DNA from: Burkholderiales bacterium
GTDB lineage: Bacteria; Patescibacteriota; Minisyncoccia; Phycocordibacterales; UBA9973
Direction: 5' to 3'
Assembly: GCA_023701005.1 (NCBI GenBank)
Contig: JAMPXW010000002.1
Span: forward strand, 113,053 to 177,052
Length of the DNA stretch: 64,000 nucleotides
Part shown: positions 41,844-53,130 of the stretch, one piece after another
How positions within the stretch are numbered: position 1 is the first letter of the stretch
Layout: each line of letters starts with the position of its first letter
The notes under the pieces: generated by a model
Databases searched by the model: none
What the model saw: only the letters and a program-made list of their open reading frames with translations
Told to the model about the DNA's origin: nothing
Position numbers and translations under genes: made by a program

Positions 41844-42101
41844 TTATTTTTTTCTTGGTTTTATTAAAATTTTTTGATTAATTTTTTTAAATCTTTCAAC
41901 TTTTTTACCTTCTACTTTTATACTTTCCAAAAACATCTTCTTGGAACGAACCCAAGTAGCCCCATCTTCTAAATGAATATAAATAACGACTGGCTCCAAG
42001 CTTTCACTATCAAAAGCCTCGCCTAAAATTTTAACTTTAGTCCCCTTATAATGCTTATATATAGCACCAATTTCTAACTTTTTCATAGAATTATTATACA
42101 A
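41844..42101 (-). CDS. DUF1653 family protein
   Basis: YKHYKG...SESLE..VIY...WVR..MF. Confidence 0.85.
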   Translation of the reverse strand: MYNNSMKKLEIGAIYKHYKGTKVKILGEAFDSESLEPVVIYIHLEDGATWVRSKKMFLESIKVEGKKVERFKKINQKILIKPRKK

Positions 42102-42594
42102 TACTTTGCCTCAATTCAGATACTTTAATATTAAATTCTTTTACTGAATCTCTAAAATTATTTTCAAAATCTTTTATTAATAAATCCTTAATTTCTAATG
42201 GATAAATTAACATATTTTCAATCTTTTCTAATTTAACCCATAATGGCTTATGAAAATCCTTACCAAGAGATAATTCGTCTTCTTCTTTCTCCTCAGAATC
42301 ATCCCCTAGCTTAGGCTCTCCAGATATATATTCACAAAGATAAAAATATTGTTCAGAATTATCATCATATTTATGTATATAAAGCAATTTTTTTATTTTT
42401 GCTTCAATTGTAGTCTCTTCTCTCAGCTCACGAAGTACAGCTTGTTCTATCGTTTCTTTATCTTCCATCTTTCCTCCTGGAAAATTAAAATATTCTTTCT
42501 CATTTTTTCGATACATCAAAAGAACCTCATCTCCTTTCATTACAATTGCCACTGCCCGTATCCTTTTCATAAATTTTATTTTTTCTTCTTCCAT
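42094..42594 (-). CDS. NUDIX hydrolase
   Basis: FPGGKMEDKETIEQAVLRELREET Nudix box. Confidence 0.92.
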   Translation of the reverse strand: MEEEKIKFMKRIRAVAIVMKGDEVLLMYRKNEKEYFNFPGGKMEDKETIEQAVLRELREETTIEAKIKKLLYIHKYDDNSEQYFYLCEYISGEPKLGDDSEEKEEDELSLGKDFHKPLWVKLEKIENMLIYPLEIKDLLIKDFENNFRDSVKEFNIKVSELRQSIV

Positions 42595-42959
42595 GCATGT
42601 GGTAATAATCTATCTGCTTTTATCATTTTTTTCTCAGAAATAATCACGTCAGCTTTTGGACAATAAGTCACATAAAGCTCTCTACATAATGCACATGGAG
42701 GATAAATTTCATAAGTTTTATCTTCATACTTTCTCACTGCTACCACCATTTCAATATCGCTATCTCCTTCTGAAAATGCTTGACCAATGGTTATCCATTC
42801 AGAACACAAATTAATTTTTTGAGCATTAATAGAAACACCCGTATATATTTTCCCTGACTTTGTTTTTACAGCACAACCCACTACCGATTGATTATTTTTG
42901 TATCTTTTATCAATTATCTTCTTGGCCTCTTTAATCAAACCCTGCATATCTTTTTTCAT
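42576..42959 (-). CDS. Cytidine deaminase-like (CDA / blasticidin S deaminase type)
   Basis: VGCAV...G.IYTG, LCSE, PPCALCRE, LLP. Confidence 0.88.
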   Translation of the reverse strand: MKKDMQGLIKEAKKIIDKRYKNNQSVVGCAVKTKSGKIYTGVSINAQKINLCSEWITIGQAFSEGDSDIEMVVAVRKYEDKTYEIYPPCALCRELYVTYCPKADVIISEKKMIKADRLLPHAWKKKK

Positions 42960-42972
42960 AATTTTAATTATA

Positions 42973-43377
42973 TTATTTTCCTAATATAACTTTATCAAAA
43001 GCTTCTTCTGCTTTTTCTTTATTAATACCAAATCTTTGTAAGTGATTTATAACCTTATGAACTTTTTTACAATTTCCACAAAAATTAGATGTTTCTCGTG
43101 GTAATCCAACAAATAAATAAATCTCTTGCCAGAATGCTTTTCTGTTCATAAATTTTCTAACAGAATTTTTTGTAATTCCCCAAATCTCTCCATCTATATT
43201 AAATCTCCAATAAAGCCATAACTGTAAAAAATGTAGCACATCTTCAAACTCTTCTTTAATACCTTCTCTGTTAAATTTTAAAATCTCAACAATTAACTCC
43301 TGAACCTCACAAAGAAATTCTCGAAAAGTAATTCTTTCTCCGTTGGAATATTCTTTTAAATAATCACTGACTTTCAT
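42973..43377 (-). CDS. Hypothetical protein, possible all-alpha NTP-PPase (MazG-like)
   Basis: EVQEL...KEEFEDV acidic motif pattern. Confidence 0.5.
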   Translation of the reverse strand: MKVSDYLKEYSNGERITFREFLCEVQELIVEILKFNREGIKEEFEDVLHFLQLWLYWRFNIDGEIWGITKNSVRKFMNRKAFWQEIYLFVGLPRETSNFCGNCKKVHKVINHLQRFGINKEKAEEAFDKVILGK

Positions 43378-43384
43378 ATTTTAA

Positions 43385-43795
43385 TTATATCACTTTATTT
43401 TCTATGTATTTTTGTAAAAATTCAAAAGTCTTAGGCCAGATTCTTATATCTTTTCCCATTTCTTCTTTTGTAAACCAGCCAACATCGGCCAACTCTTCTT
43501 TGTTTACGTTCATATCAAAATTTAAAAGCTCGCATTCATACCACGATATAATATAATCTTTTACATCTCCCAAGCATTCTCCTACTTTTTCTCCTACTTT
43601 TATATCAAAATTCAATTCTTCTTTTATTTCTCTAACTAATGTTTGTATTTCTGTCTCTCCTTCTTCCATATGACCACCTGGTGGGTACCAACAACCAGTA
43701 AATTCACCAAAATCTTTTTGAGATTTCACTAGCAAATATTCTTCCTGTTTATCCTCTCTTTTTCGTGAAATTATAGCGACAACTACATGTATCAT
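43385..43795 (-). CDS. NUDIX hydrolase (MutT-like)
   Basis: PPGGHMEEGETEIQTLVREIKEEL. Confidence 0.92.
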   Translation of the reverse strand: MIHVVVAIISRKREDKQEEYLLVKSQKDFGEFTGCWYPPGGHMEEGETEIQTLVREIKEELNFDIKVGEKVGECLGDVKDYIISWYECELLNFDMNVNKEELADVGWFTKEEMGKDIRIWPKTFEFLQKYIENKVI

Positions 43796-43801
43796 ATAAT
43801 T

Positions 43802-44185
43802 TTAAATTCCTTTTTTTCTATGTTCTTTTTTAATTCTCCAATACTCACTTTCAGTGCCTGGACCACCTTTTCCTATACGCATCAATTTAGCTGGATATTT
43901 TTTATCTACTCGAGCTAATTTCTTACGAATAATTTTTTCTGTATCAAGATTCAATAGAACAGACATTTCAATAGAATAAATAAGAACATCAGCAAGTTCA
44001 TTTTTAATTTCTTCTATTTTTTCCTTATTCTTTTTTATTTCTTCAAGTGAAAGATTTTCCCATTGGAAAAGCTCCAAAAGTTCTGCTCCTTCTATCATAA
44101 TCGATTTTGCTACATCAGAAGGACGCAAATTATGCCAATTTCTTTCTTTTAAATGCTTATAAATTTTCTTTTCCAATTCTTTCAT
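43802..44185 (-). CDS. MazG-like dCTP pyrophosphatase-type NTP-PPase
   Basis: ERNW, IEGAELLELFQW, ELADVLIY, KKYP. Confidence 0.9.
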   Translation of the reverse strand: MKELEKKIYKHLKERNWHNLRPSDVAKSIMIEGAELLELFQWENLSLEEIKKNKEKIEEIKNELADVLIYSIEMSVLLNLDTEKIIRKKLARVDKKYPAKLMRIGKGGPGTESEYWRIKKEHRKKGI

Positions 44186-44259
44186 ATTTTAAAGATTCCT
44201 TAACCTATCATATGTGAGATATTAAGCTTTTTAATTATGTCAAAGACGGTCTTTGACAT

Positions 44260-46746
44260 TTATGCCCCGTGGCATTTTTTGTATTTTTTACCACTACCAC
44301 AAGGACAAGGGTCATTTCTACCAACTGCATTTTTATCTGCATCTCCTTTCCCTTCTTCTTTAAATTCTCCGATCTCTTTGTGAGTTGTGACTAAGGTTTG
44401 TTTTGGCTCATTTACTTCAGTAGTTATATTTATTTTACTTTCTGTATTTATCGTCTCAACAAGAGAAAGAACTTGATCTTTAAAAGATTCTTCCATTTCT
44501 TTAAACATAAATAAACCTTCTTTTTTGTATTCTACGATAGGCTCTCTTTGCCCATAAGCTCTCAAATTAACAGAGCTACGTAGATAATCCATGGCTTCTA
44601 TGTGTTCCATCCATAATGTATCTGTAGTATAAAGTGATATTCTTCTAACAGTTTCAAAGAATGCTTCATCTCCCAATTTCAATCTTTTATCCTCAATAAT
44701 TTCTTCTAACTTTTCTCTATTTTCTTTACCTTCAACTATTTGTTCTAAAAGATTTTTAATCTCCTCTTTATCAGAACGCATCATTTTTTGTCTTCTTTCA
44801 TAAATAACTTTACGTTGATGATTCATAACATCATCATATTCAAGAGTGTTCTTACGAGCATCAAAGTGAAAACCTTCTATTTTAGCTTGAGCGTTTTCAA
44901 GAGATCTACTTATAAAACCATTTTCAATAGGCATATCTTCTGGAATACCAAAACGTCCCATCATTGTCTTTATTCTCTCTGAACCGAAAACACGCATCAA
45001 ATCATCTTCGAGAGATACATAAAATTGTGTTTCTCCTGGATCTCCTTGTCTACCCGAACGACCTCGAAGCTGATTGTCTATTCTTCTAGCTTCATGACGT
45101 TCAGTACCCAACACAAATAACCCTCCTGCATTTTTAACAAATTCATACTCTTCTGGAACTAAAGGATTCCCTCCAAGCTTGATATCGATTCCACGGCCCG
45201 CCATGTTTGTGGCTATAGTGACTGCACCCCTTTTACCAGCTTGAGCAATTATTTCTCCTTCTTTCTCATGATTTTTAGCATTTAAAATAACATGATGAAC
45301 TCCTTCTTGTTTTAAATAAACAGAAAGTAATTCATTTTTCTCTATCGAAATAGTACCTATTAAAACTGGTTGCCCTTTTTCATTTAATTCTTTAACCTTC
45401 TTAGCGATGGCTTGGAATTTACCTTTCTCAGTTTGGAAAATCAAATCTGGATGATCTTTTCTAACTACAGGACGATTGGTAGGAATGACGATAACATCTA
45501 AATTGTAAACTTTCAAAAATTCTTCTGCTGAAGTTTCAGCCGTACCTGTCATACCTGACAACTTTTTATAAAATCTAAAATAATTCTGGAAAGTAATAGA
45601 ACCAGAAGAACGAGTTTCTTTTTCTATCTTCACACCTTCTTTGGCTTCAATAGCTTGGTGAATACCTTCAGACCATCTACGTCCTGGTTGCAATCTGCCT
45701 GTAAAAGGATCAACGATTATGACTTCTCCTTCTTTCACAACATAATCTCTATCTTTTTCAAAAATAGCTTGCGCTTTTACAGCTGTTTCTAAATGATGTA
45801 CATACTTTATACCTTTTTCTGTATATATATTTTGTATACCTAATAAATTTTCGGCTTTTGTTATTCCTTCATCTGTAAGAGTAATTGCTTTTAATTTTTC
45901 ATCTACTAAATAATCCGTATCTTTCTTTAATTGTTTTGCAATTTGATAAAACTTAACATAAAAATCTTCTGAATCACCAGAAGCTGAAGAAATGATAAGT
46001 GGAGTACGAGCTTCATCTATCAATATAGAGTCTACTTCGTCGACTATAGCAAAATTGTGTTCTCTTTGAACTAAATCATTTAAAGAAGTGGAAAGATTAT
46101 CTCTCAGATAATCAAAACCATATTCATGATTTGTACCATAAGTGATATCAGCATTGTAAGCTTCACGACGAGTGGATGGTTTCAAAAAATCATAAACAAT
46201 TTTAAATTCTCCTATCCTGTCTCTTTCCTTATCTTCTTCTACATGAGAAGCATCATACAGATAAGAAACATTTTGAGAATTGATGACCCCGACAGTTAAT
46301 CCTAAAAAATTATATATTTGACCCATGCGAACAGCATCTCTTCTGGCAAGATAATCATTCACAGTAATAACGTGCACACCTTTACTTGATAACGCATTCA
46401 AATACACAGCTGGAGTAGCAACGTTTGTCTTACCTTCTCCTGTTTTCATTTCTGCAATTTTACCTCCATGCAACGCTAAAGCTCCTATAAGCTGTACATC
46501 ATAAAGTCTTTCATTTAGACATCTCTTACCAGCCTCACGAACTAGAGCAAAAGCTTCAGGCAATACATCATCCAGACTCTCTCCTTTTTCTAATCTATCT
46601 TTAAATTCTTTAGTCTTTTTAGGGAAATCTGCATCACTTAATTTAGAGATATCTTTTTCGAAATTATTAATGATTATAACGGTTTTTTCTGCGTCTTTTA
46701 TAAATTTAGAGCTCGTATCTCCAAATATCTTATTAAATAAATTCAT
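44260..46746 (-). CDS. secA: Preprotein translocase SecA
   Basis: EMKTGEGKT, VDEVDSILIDEARTPL, ATNMAGRG, QLRGRSGRQGD, SEC-C GRNDPCPCGSGKKYKKCH. Confidence 0.98.
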   Translation of the reverse strand: MNLFNKIFGDTSSKFIKDAEKTVIIINNFEKDISKLSDADFPKKTKEFKDRLEKGESLDDVLPEAFALVREAGKRCLNERLYDVQLIGALALHGGKIAEMKTGEGKTNVATPAVYLNALSSKGVHVITVNDYLARRDAVRMGQIYNFLGLTVGVINSQNVSYLYDASHVEEDKERDRIGEFKIVYDFLKPSTRREAYNADITYGTNHEYGFDYLRDNLSTSLNDLVQREHNFAIVDEVDSILIDEARTPLIISSASGDSEDFYVKFYQIAKQLKKDTDYLVDEKLKAITLTDEGITKAENLLGIQNIYTEKGIKYVHHLETAVKAQAIFEKDRDYVVKEGEVIIVDPFTGRLQPGRRWSEGIHQAIEAKEGVKIEKETRSSGSITFQNYFRFYKKLSGMTGTAETSAEEFLKVYNLDVIVIPTNRPVVRKDHPDLIFQTEKGKFQAIAKKVKELNEKGQPVLIGTISIEKNELLSVYLKQEGVHHVILNAKNHEKEGEIIAQAGKRGAVTIATNMAGRGIDIKLGGNPLVPEEYEFVKNAGGLFVLGTERHEARRIDNQLRGRSGRQGDPGETQFYVSLEDDLMRVFGSERIKTMMGRFGIPEDMPIENGFISRSLENAQAKIEGFHFDARKNTLEYDDVMNHQRKVIYERRQKMMRSDKEEIKNLLEQIVEGKENREKLEEIIEDKRLKLGDEAFFETVRRISLYTTDTLWMEHIEAMDYLRSSVNLRAYGQREPIVEYKKEGLFMFKEMEESFKDQVLSLVETINTESKINITTEVNEPKQTLVTTHKEIGEFKEEGKGDADKNAVGRNDPCPCGSGKKYKKCHGA

Positions 46747-46777
46747 TATTATATATTAACACATAAGGCTAAAACTA

Positions 46778-46805
46778 AAAAATCCCGCCATAGGCGGGAT
46801 GTTTT
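46778..46805 (-). terminator. Intrinsic terminator of the small basic peptide gene
   Basis: atcccgcc-ata-ggcgggat with A tract on the plus strand. Confidence 0.75.
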
Positions 46806-46821
46806 AGAAGTAGGAAAAAGA

Positions 46822-46893
46822 TTATGCTCGCTTCTTTGTTGTCTTTTTTGCTGCCTTCTTTACTACTTTCTTTGCTTTCTTTTTTGCTGCCAT
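46822..46893 (-). CDS. 23-aa Lys/Ala-rich histone-H1-like peptide MAAKKKAKKVVKKAAKKTTKKRA
   Basis: Translated by hand; has its own terminator; not in the ORF track. Confidence 0.65.
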   Translation of the reverse strand: MAAKKKAKKVVKKAAKKTTKKRA

Positions 46894-47132
46894 TTTTTTA
46901 GTCGCTTACGCGAAATTATTTTTTTAATTTAGTTTGCAATAATACGACCTCAAAATATTTTTCAAATAAAAAATAAAAGAAAAATATTTTTAAATAATTA
47001 CTGCGGAACATATTAATTATCTCGCATAATAAAAAAGAACACAAGATTTTTTTATAAAAAACTGTGGATAACTCCAAAATTTTTTATTTATGAAATAAAT
47101 TTCAAAAAAATATTTTTCAAATGAAAATAAAA

Positions 47133-47221
47133 AAATTGTTTTCATTTGAAGCGGGTGATGGCTAAACTCCAACATATGTGCCTATGTGAGTGCGACCACC
47201 CGCTACAGATAAAAACAATTT
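47133..47221. repeat. Long hairpin element, copy C (more distant)
   Basis: 25-nt arms with 3 differences (aaattgttttcatttgaagcgggtg / cacccgctacagataaaaacaattt); core tggc...gagtgcgacc. Confidence 0.7.
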
Positions 47222-47237
47222 AGTATAAGTAATTATA

Positions 47238-48176
47238 TCACAATACCTTTTTATTTAAAGCTCTTTCTAGAATATGGTGAAAAACATGTTCTATTTTTGC
47301 ACCAACCATTTCACAAGATTGTCGCAAGTGCGACTCTTCTCTCGGGTCAGGTAATGAATCAATGCTTAAAAGAAAATAACCTCTTTTAGAATGTAAAACA
47401 AAATCTGATTTTAAATAATTATCTATTCCTAAATGATTGTGTAAGCTTTTCACTAAAGAAAATAATTCTTCTTTTTCTTTTTGTAAAAAATCTTTATGTG
47501 TATTAACTAAAGGAAAAGTATATATATCTTCTCCGCGAAACCCTGGTACAGAATGCACAGAAGCAATCTTTCCTGAAATAAATTCTTCTATCAAAATACT
47601 TTTTTTATGAGCCACACCATCTCTAATAGATTCTACTAATTCTGGAAAGGTCTTTGCCAGATGTATACCCATATTCTTATCTTCTGTAAAAGATTTAACT
47701 ATCCATGGAGCTCCAAATTTATTTAATACTTCCGTTGCCTTTTTGACGACATATTCTGCTTCTTTACCATCAAAATCTTTTTGATATAAAGGCAAAAGAA
47801 TCGATCTAGGTATTTTAATACCTGTCCCTTTCATATGCTTATCTAGCATATCTGTATTATTTTCTAAAGTTTTCAAAAAAGATCCATTATTTATACTAGG
47901 TAAAGACAAATGATTTACTGTAGAAGATAATGCTGGATTTTTAGATGTATTCCATACAATATCAACTTTATTAATCAAATCCATTGGATTAATCAAAATA
48001 CCATTTATATGCCAATTATTTTTTTTATCAACAAAAATATCTACATGTTTATATTTTTCTGATAGATTTTCAAAAATATGTGAAATTATATCTCCACCTT
48101 TACGTAAAGAAATGAAATGGTGTTCCCCTTCTCCACCACGTAATATTCCGACTCGTATTTTGTTTTCTTTTTCCAT
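47238..48176 (-). CDS. D-Ala-D-Ala ligase-like ATP-grasp protein (divergent)
   Basis: VGILRGG.GEH..SL..G, PWIVK, ILIEEFISG, LKSDF; C-terminal EINT motif replaced by SIDS. Confidence 0.7.
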   Translation of the reverse strand: MEKENKIRVGILRGGEGEHHFISLRKGGDIISHIFENLSEKYKHVDIFVDKKNNWHINGILINPMDLINKVDIVWNTSKNPALSSTVNHLSLPSINNGSFLKTLENNTDMLDKHMKGTGIKIPRSILLPLYQKDFDGKEAEYVVKKATEVLNKFGAPWIVKSFTEDKNMGIHLAKTFPELVESIRDGVAHKKSILIEEFISGKIASVHSVPGFRGEDIYTFPLVNTHKDFLQKEKEELFSLVKSLHNHLGIDNYLKSDFVLHSKRGYFLLSIDSLPDPREESHLRQSCEMVGAKIEHVFHHILERALNKKVL

Positions 48177-48229
48177 ACTTAGATTATATCTTTTTTAAGA
48201 TAAGTTTTCTATAAAAATCAAAACAAATA

Positions 48230-49420
48230 TCATTTCGGTTCAAATTGCCATAGATCCCAAATATATTTAGCTATGTTTACTGGCTCACCTTCTAAAGGAA
48301 AAGCATGTAGATCAATAAATGGTAAAGAATTACATTCTATAATTCCCCATCTTTGCGTGTCTGGATCTTTCGTTGGATCTTCTATTATCAAATCAAAGCC
48401 AGCCACGGGAACACTCACCAGCTCTCCTGCATTTTTAAAAATTAAATGAAATTTTGGATGAACTTCTGGCAACATTTCTTTCGTATACCCACCATAAAAT
48501 CTACCTGTTTTTGCTAACAAATTTATCTTCTTATCTTTTTCTAAAATGTCATCGACTGTATAACCTTGTCTTTTTATAAAATTAACAAGCTCATCACTAA
48601 TGACTATTTCAGAAACTTTTTCATTTCGATTTTTATTTTTTTCTAAAATTAAATCTTTTATCATCTTCACTCCATCTCCTATGACAAAAGGTGGGTCGGC
48701 TCTAAAAAACCCAACCAAAACATTATTAACGACAGTAGCTCTGTAAACACTTCCAAACAAATGCTCCTGTGCCACCATAGAAAAAGTAATTTGACGGGCT
48801 AGACGATAAGCTTTTTCTAATTCTTCTTTAGTATTTATATTTGTTGTAGTGTGTCTACCCAAAGATCCCGCTTCTGGTTTTATGATGATTGGTTTTGATA
48901 ATTTACCAAAAGCCCGAAGAGCACTTCTAAAAGAAACTATTCTCTCTGTTTTAGGAGAAGGAATATTCGCCTTTTGAAAATTCTTAGCAAATATAAATTT
49001 ATCATCAATCCATCTATATCCTTTATGTGGAAGCCAATAAGGTATAGGTAGACTTTGAAAAAAAACATTTTTACCATTTATCTTTGCTCTATAAAAATCA
49101 ATAGGTTTGCCAAAAAATAGTAATTGCTTCATTTCTATATTTCTTCTTCTTGCTTCTTCCCAAACAAGCCTGGAACGCCCATTGATGACTTTTTCCAAAT
49201 CGTCACTATAACGAATAAAACCTAAAATATATAAAACATTCAATAAAAATTTCTCAATGTAGTCAACAAGTTTTGTATTTTTAAATATAAAAAAAAGAGG
49301 AGAATAAATATTTACGATTTTACTCATTATTTCATCCATTAATCGTAAAAAAAACATCAATCTATGGTTGACTTGGCTAGTGCCACACGAACTGCATATC
49401 TTCTTTGCTTCTTTTCTCAT
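48230..49420 (-). CDS. ATP-grasp ligase related to the cyanophycin synthetase/GshAB ATP-grasp domain
   Basis: EEARRRNI, IIKPEAGSLG, VIGDGVK.I.DLI..KN, GFDLI, IIECNSLP. Confidence 0.75.
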   Translation of the reverse strand: MRKEAKKICSSCGTSQVNHRLMFFLRLMDEIMSKIVNIYSPLFFIFKNTKLVDYIEKFLLNVLYILGFIRYSDDLEKVINGRSRLVWEEARRRNIEMKQLLFFGKPIDFYRAKINGKNVFFQSLPIPYWLPHKGYRWIDDKFIFAKNFQKANIPSPKTERIVSFRSALRAFGKLSKPIIIKPEAGSLGRHTTTNINTKEELEKAYRLARQITFSMVAQEHLFGSVYRATVVNNVLVGFFRADPPFVIGDGVKMIKDLILEKNKNRNEKVSEIVISDELVNFIKRQGYTVDDILEKDKKINLLAKTGRFYGGYTKEMLPEVHPKFHLIFKNAGELVSVPVAGFDLIIEDPTKDPDTQRWGIIECNSLPFIDLHAFPLEGEPVNIAKYIWDLWQFEPK

Positions 49421-49583
49421 ACAATATAATTATAAAACAAAAAAGACAGTAAAGATAAACTCTACTGCCTTTTTGTTTACGAAATTAATGTCCTCCTGTC
49501 ATATAAATATAATAAGTAAACAACATTAATAAATCGACACTATATTAATTATATCACCTTTTTAAAAATGCAACAATAAATGC

Positions 49584-49612
49584 AAAACACCCCGCTTACG
49601 CGAGGTGTTTTT
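49584..49612 (-). terminator. Terminator of the 16S transcript
   Basis: Minus strand aaaacacctcgc-gtaa-gcggggtgtttt. Confidence 0.75.
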
Positions 49613-49826
49613 GTTTGCTGTTCTATGTTTTGTTTCGTTCTATAAACTTTTTTAATGTATGTCTTTCCACACTTGTCATAAAGTTTTAAGTTCTTAAAAA
49701 CTATTGTGTCGTCAATTGAGCGACACAATACCGACTCAATAAATTCAACCTCTCCGAGGTCAGTCTTCATTTGAGATGAAGAGCTCAGTACTGAAAAATT
49801 TCTTTTTCAGTATTGGAATATTTTCA

Positions 49827-51370
<1,544 letters not shown>

Positions 51371-51637
51371 AGTTTAAATTACAAAGTAATTTACCCTTCA
51401 TAGTTCCGTTAGGAACGTAGTAGGGTTATTAATTCTGCTTCGCATAAAGCTACACAGAATAGATTTTACTTCATAAAATCTAGAACGAAACAAAACAAAA
51501 AACAGCATTTACTTAAGTATTTTTTGTCATTCGTTAGAGTTTAATATTTGCTCTAAAAATTATTCTACTTACTCAAAAAACATATTGAGACTTGCTACCC
51601 AATCTGATCTTATAGATTGGGGTTCTCAAGTTATTAA

Positions 51638-51650
51638 CTTGTCAAAGATT
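51638..51650 (-). promoter_or_regulatory. boxA-like antitermination site in the rRNA leader
   Basis: Minus strand aatctttgacaag about 45 nt downstream of the promoter. Confidence 0.55.
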
Positions 51651-51694
51651 GAAACAAAAACGCCCTATCAAATTGGTAGAGACGCTCAGGGGAA

Positions 51695-51723
51695 AGTATA
51701 TATCAAGCCGACTTCTATGTCAA
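51695..51723 (-). promoter_or_regulatory. rRNA promoter
   Basis: TTGACA-17 nt-TATACT. Confidence 0.8.
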
Positions 51724-51805
51724 GCACATAATTAACCTAAAAATACCTATCTAAAAAAGACGGTCCTTGAAAAATTCTTCCAAGGACCGTTCTTTAAAAT
51801 ATTGT

Positions 51806-51865
51806 CTATTTTTTTGCCTTTTTAGGCTTCTTTTTCTCTTTTCTATGCCCGTCTCCTTTTGCCAT
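51806..51865 (-). CDS. 19-aa basic peptide MAKGDGHRKEKKKPKKAKK
   Basis: Translated by hand; followed by a hairpin at 51760-51790. Confidence 0.5.
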   Translation of the reverse strand: MAKGDGHRKEKKKPKKAKK

Positions 51866-51893
51866 AAATTTATCTTTTTAATTAACTAATAAT

Positions 51894-53108
51894 CTACTCA
51901 CAAGTCACTTCGTGGATCAATATATTATTATTCTCATTGGATTCTTCTATTTCTGAACTACCCCAGCCACAAGCATTATCTGCACAAACTTTAAGTGTAA
52001 ATTTATCTCCCTTCGAACAAATTGGAATCCACCAATCATTGTCAGTAGGAGGAGAACTAAATACCTGATATCCAAACAAAGTTGGACCAACGGCAGAACC
52101 GACACCCAAACTTCCAAAATACCAAGAACCAGCTTCATACTGATTGTTGACTGTCATTCTCACTGTACCTGCTCTTCCCGCAGAAACTTCTCCAATATTT
52201 TTTTCTATAAAATTAAAAACTGGTTTTGATCCGCTCTTCACCGTCGTTGCCCATGTGCCAACTTTCTCAATCACAAAGTCTGGTTTTTTACTACAATCTA
52301 CAAAAACATCTCCGGAGATTTCATTATTATTTTCACTAACTTCAGTTAAACCATTACCACCATCTACTTTAAAAACATAATGATTATTACCACAAGCTGG
52401 CCCATCCCAAATTTCAAAATTACTTGGAAGACTAATATTAGTATTAAGATAAGAACTTAAATCATAAGTACCATTTGAACTTGTTCTTAAAATTGAAAAT
52501 ATTTTTTTCTTAACTTCATAAGAAGAATTATAAAAAACATAATCATATTCCTTTTTACCTAAGTTAAGAATTTTTGCATTTAATGTTATAAATTTGCCTT
52601 GAGAAACTTCAGTGGGCCAAATACCAACTTTCTGAACACTCAAATCAAAATCATTAACACTGAGTGTATTTGGTATCGTTGGTTGAGATATATTATTTAT
52701 ATCTTCTCCATAAGAAGATTTTACTACCACATTAAAAGATGCACTTGCTTCCCCGCTATTACAATCTGAAACACCTAGTTTAACATTATATGTACCAGCC
52801 TTTGACCATCCATGACTTATTCTCAAATATGTATTTGCTTCTTTAGCAGGACAAACCTTGGAAAAAGAAGAACCATCTCCCCAATCCATAGACCAAGCCA
52901 AATTGTCACCATCAGGATCTCTAGCCTTGAAATTAAAAATCACTGGATCATCTGTATAAGCTACACATGATTGCCCTTTTATTAATTTATAACCTGAGAC
53001 AGAAGAACAATCAGGTAGAGAATTTTGCGCATCTAAAAAATTAATTTTAAAAACAAAAAAACTCAACACAAAAGCTACAACAAAAAACAATAATGTGTAT
53101 TTCTTCAT
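51894..53108 (-). CDS. Secreted PKD/CARDB-domain surface protein
   Basis: Signal peptide, DPDGD..WSMDWGDG..H.W..AGTY, two CARDB-like ends E..ENNN. Confidence 0.8.
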   Translation of the reverse strand: MKKYTLLFFVVAFVLSFFVFKINFLDAQNSLPDCSSVSGYKLIKGQSCVAYTDDPVIFNFKARDPDGDNLAWSMDWGDGSSFSKVCPAKEANTYLRISHGWSKAGTYNVKLGVSDCNSGEASASFNVVVKSSYGEDINNISQPTIPNTLSVNDFDLSVQKVGIWPTEVSQGKFITLNAKILNLGKKEYDYVFYNSSYEVKKKIFSILRTSSNGTYDLSSYLNTNISLPSNFEIWDGPACGNNHYVFKVDGGNGLTEVSENNNEISGDVFVDCSKKPDFVIEKVGTWATTVKSGSKPVFNFIEKNIGEVSAGRAGTVRMTVNNQYEAGSWYFGSLGVGSAVGPTLFGYQVFSSPPTDNDWWIPICSKGDKFTLKVCADNACGWGSSEIEESNENNNILIHEVTCE

Positions 53109-53130
53109 AATTTAATTATACCTTTTTATT

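Noticed and set aside
47063-47071. DnaA box (tgtggataa), with similar boxes near 35157 and 56667, as oriC
   Set aside because: Isolated boxes; no cluster and no dnaA/dnaN nearby
49549-49770. 73-aa ORF after 16S as an intron-encoded homing endonuclease
   Set aside because: No LAGLIDADG/GIY-YIG/HNH motif; it runs through the processing stem and terminator, and no downstream 16S exon is visible
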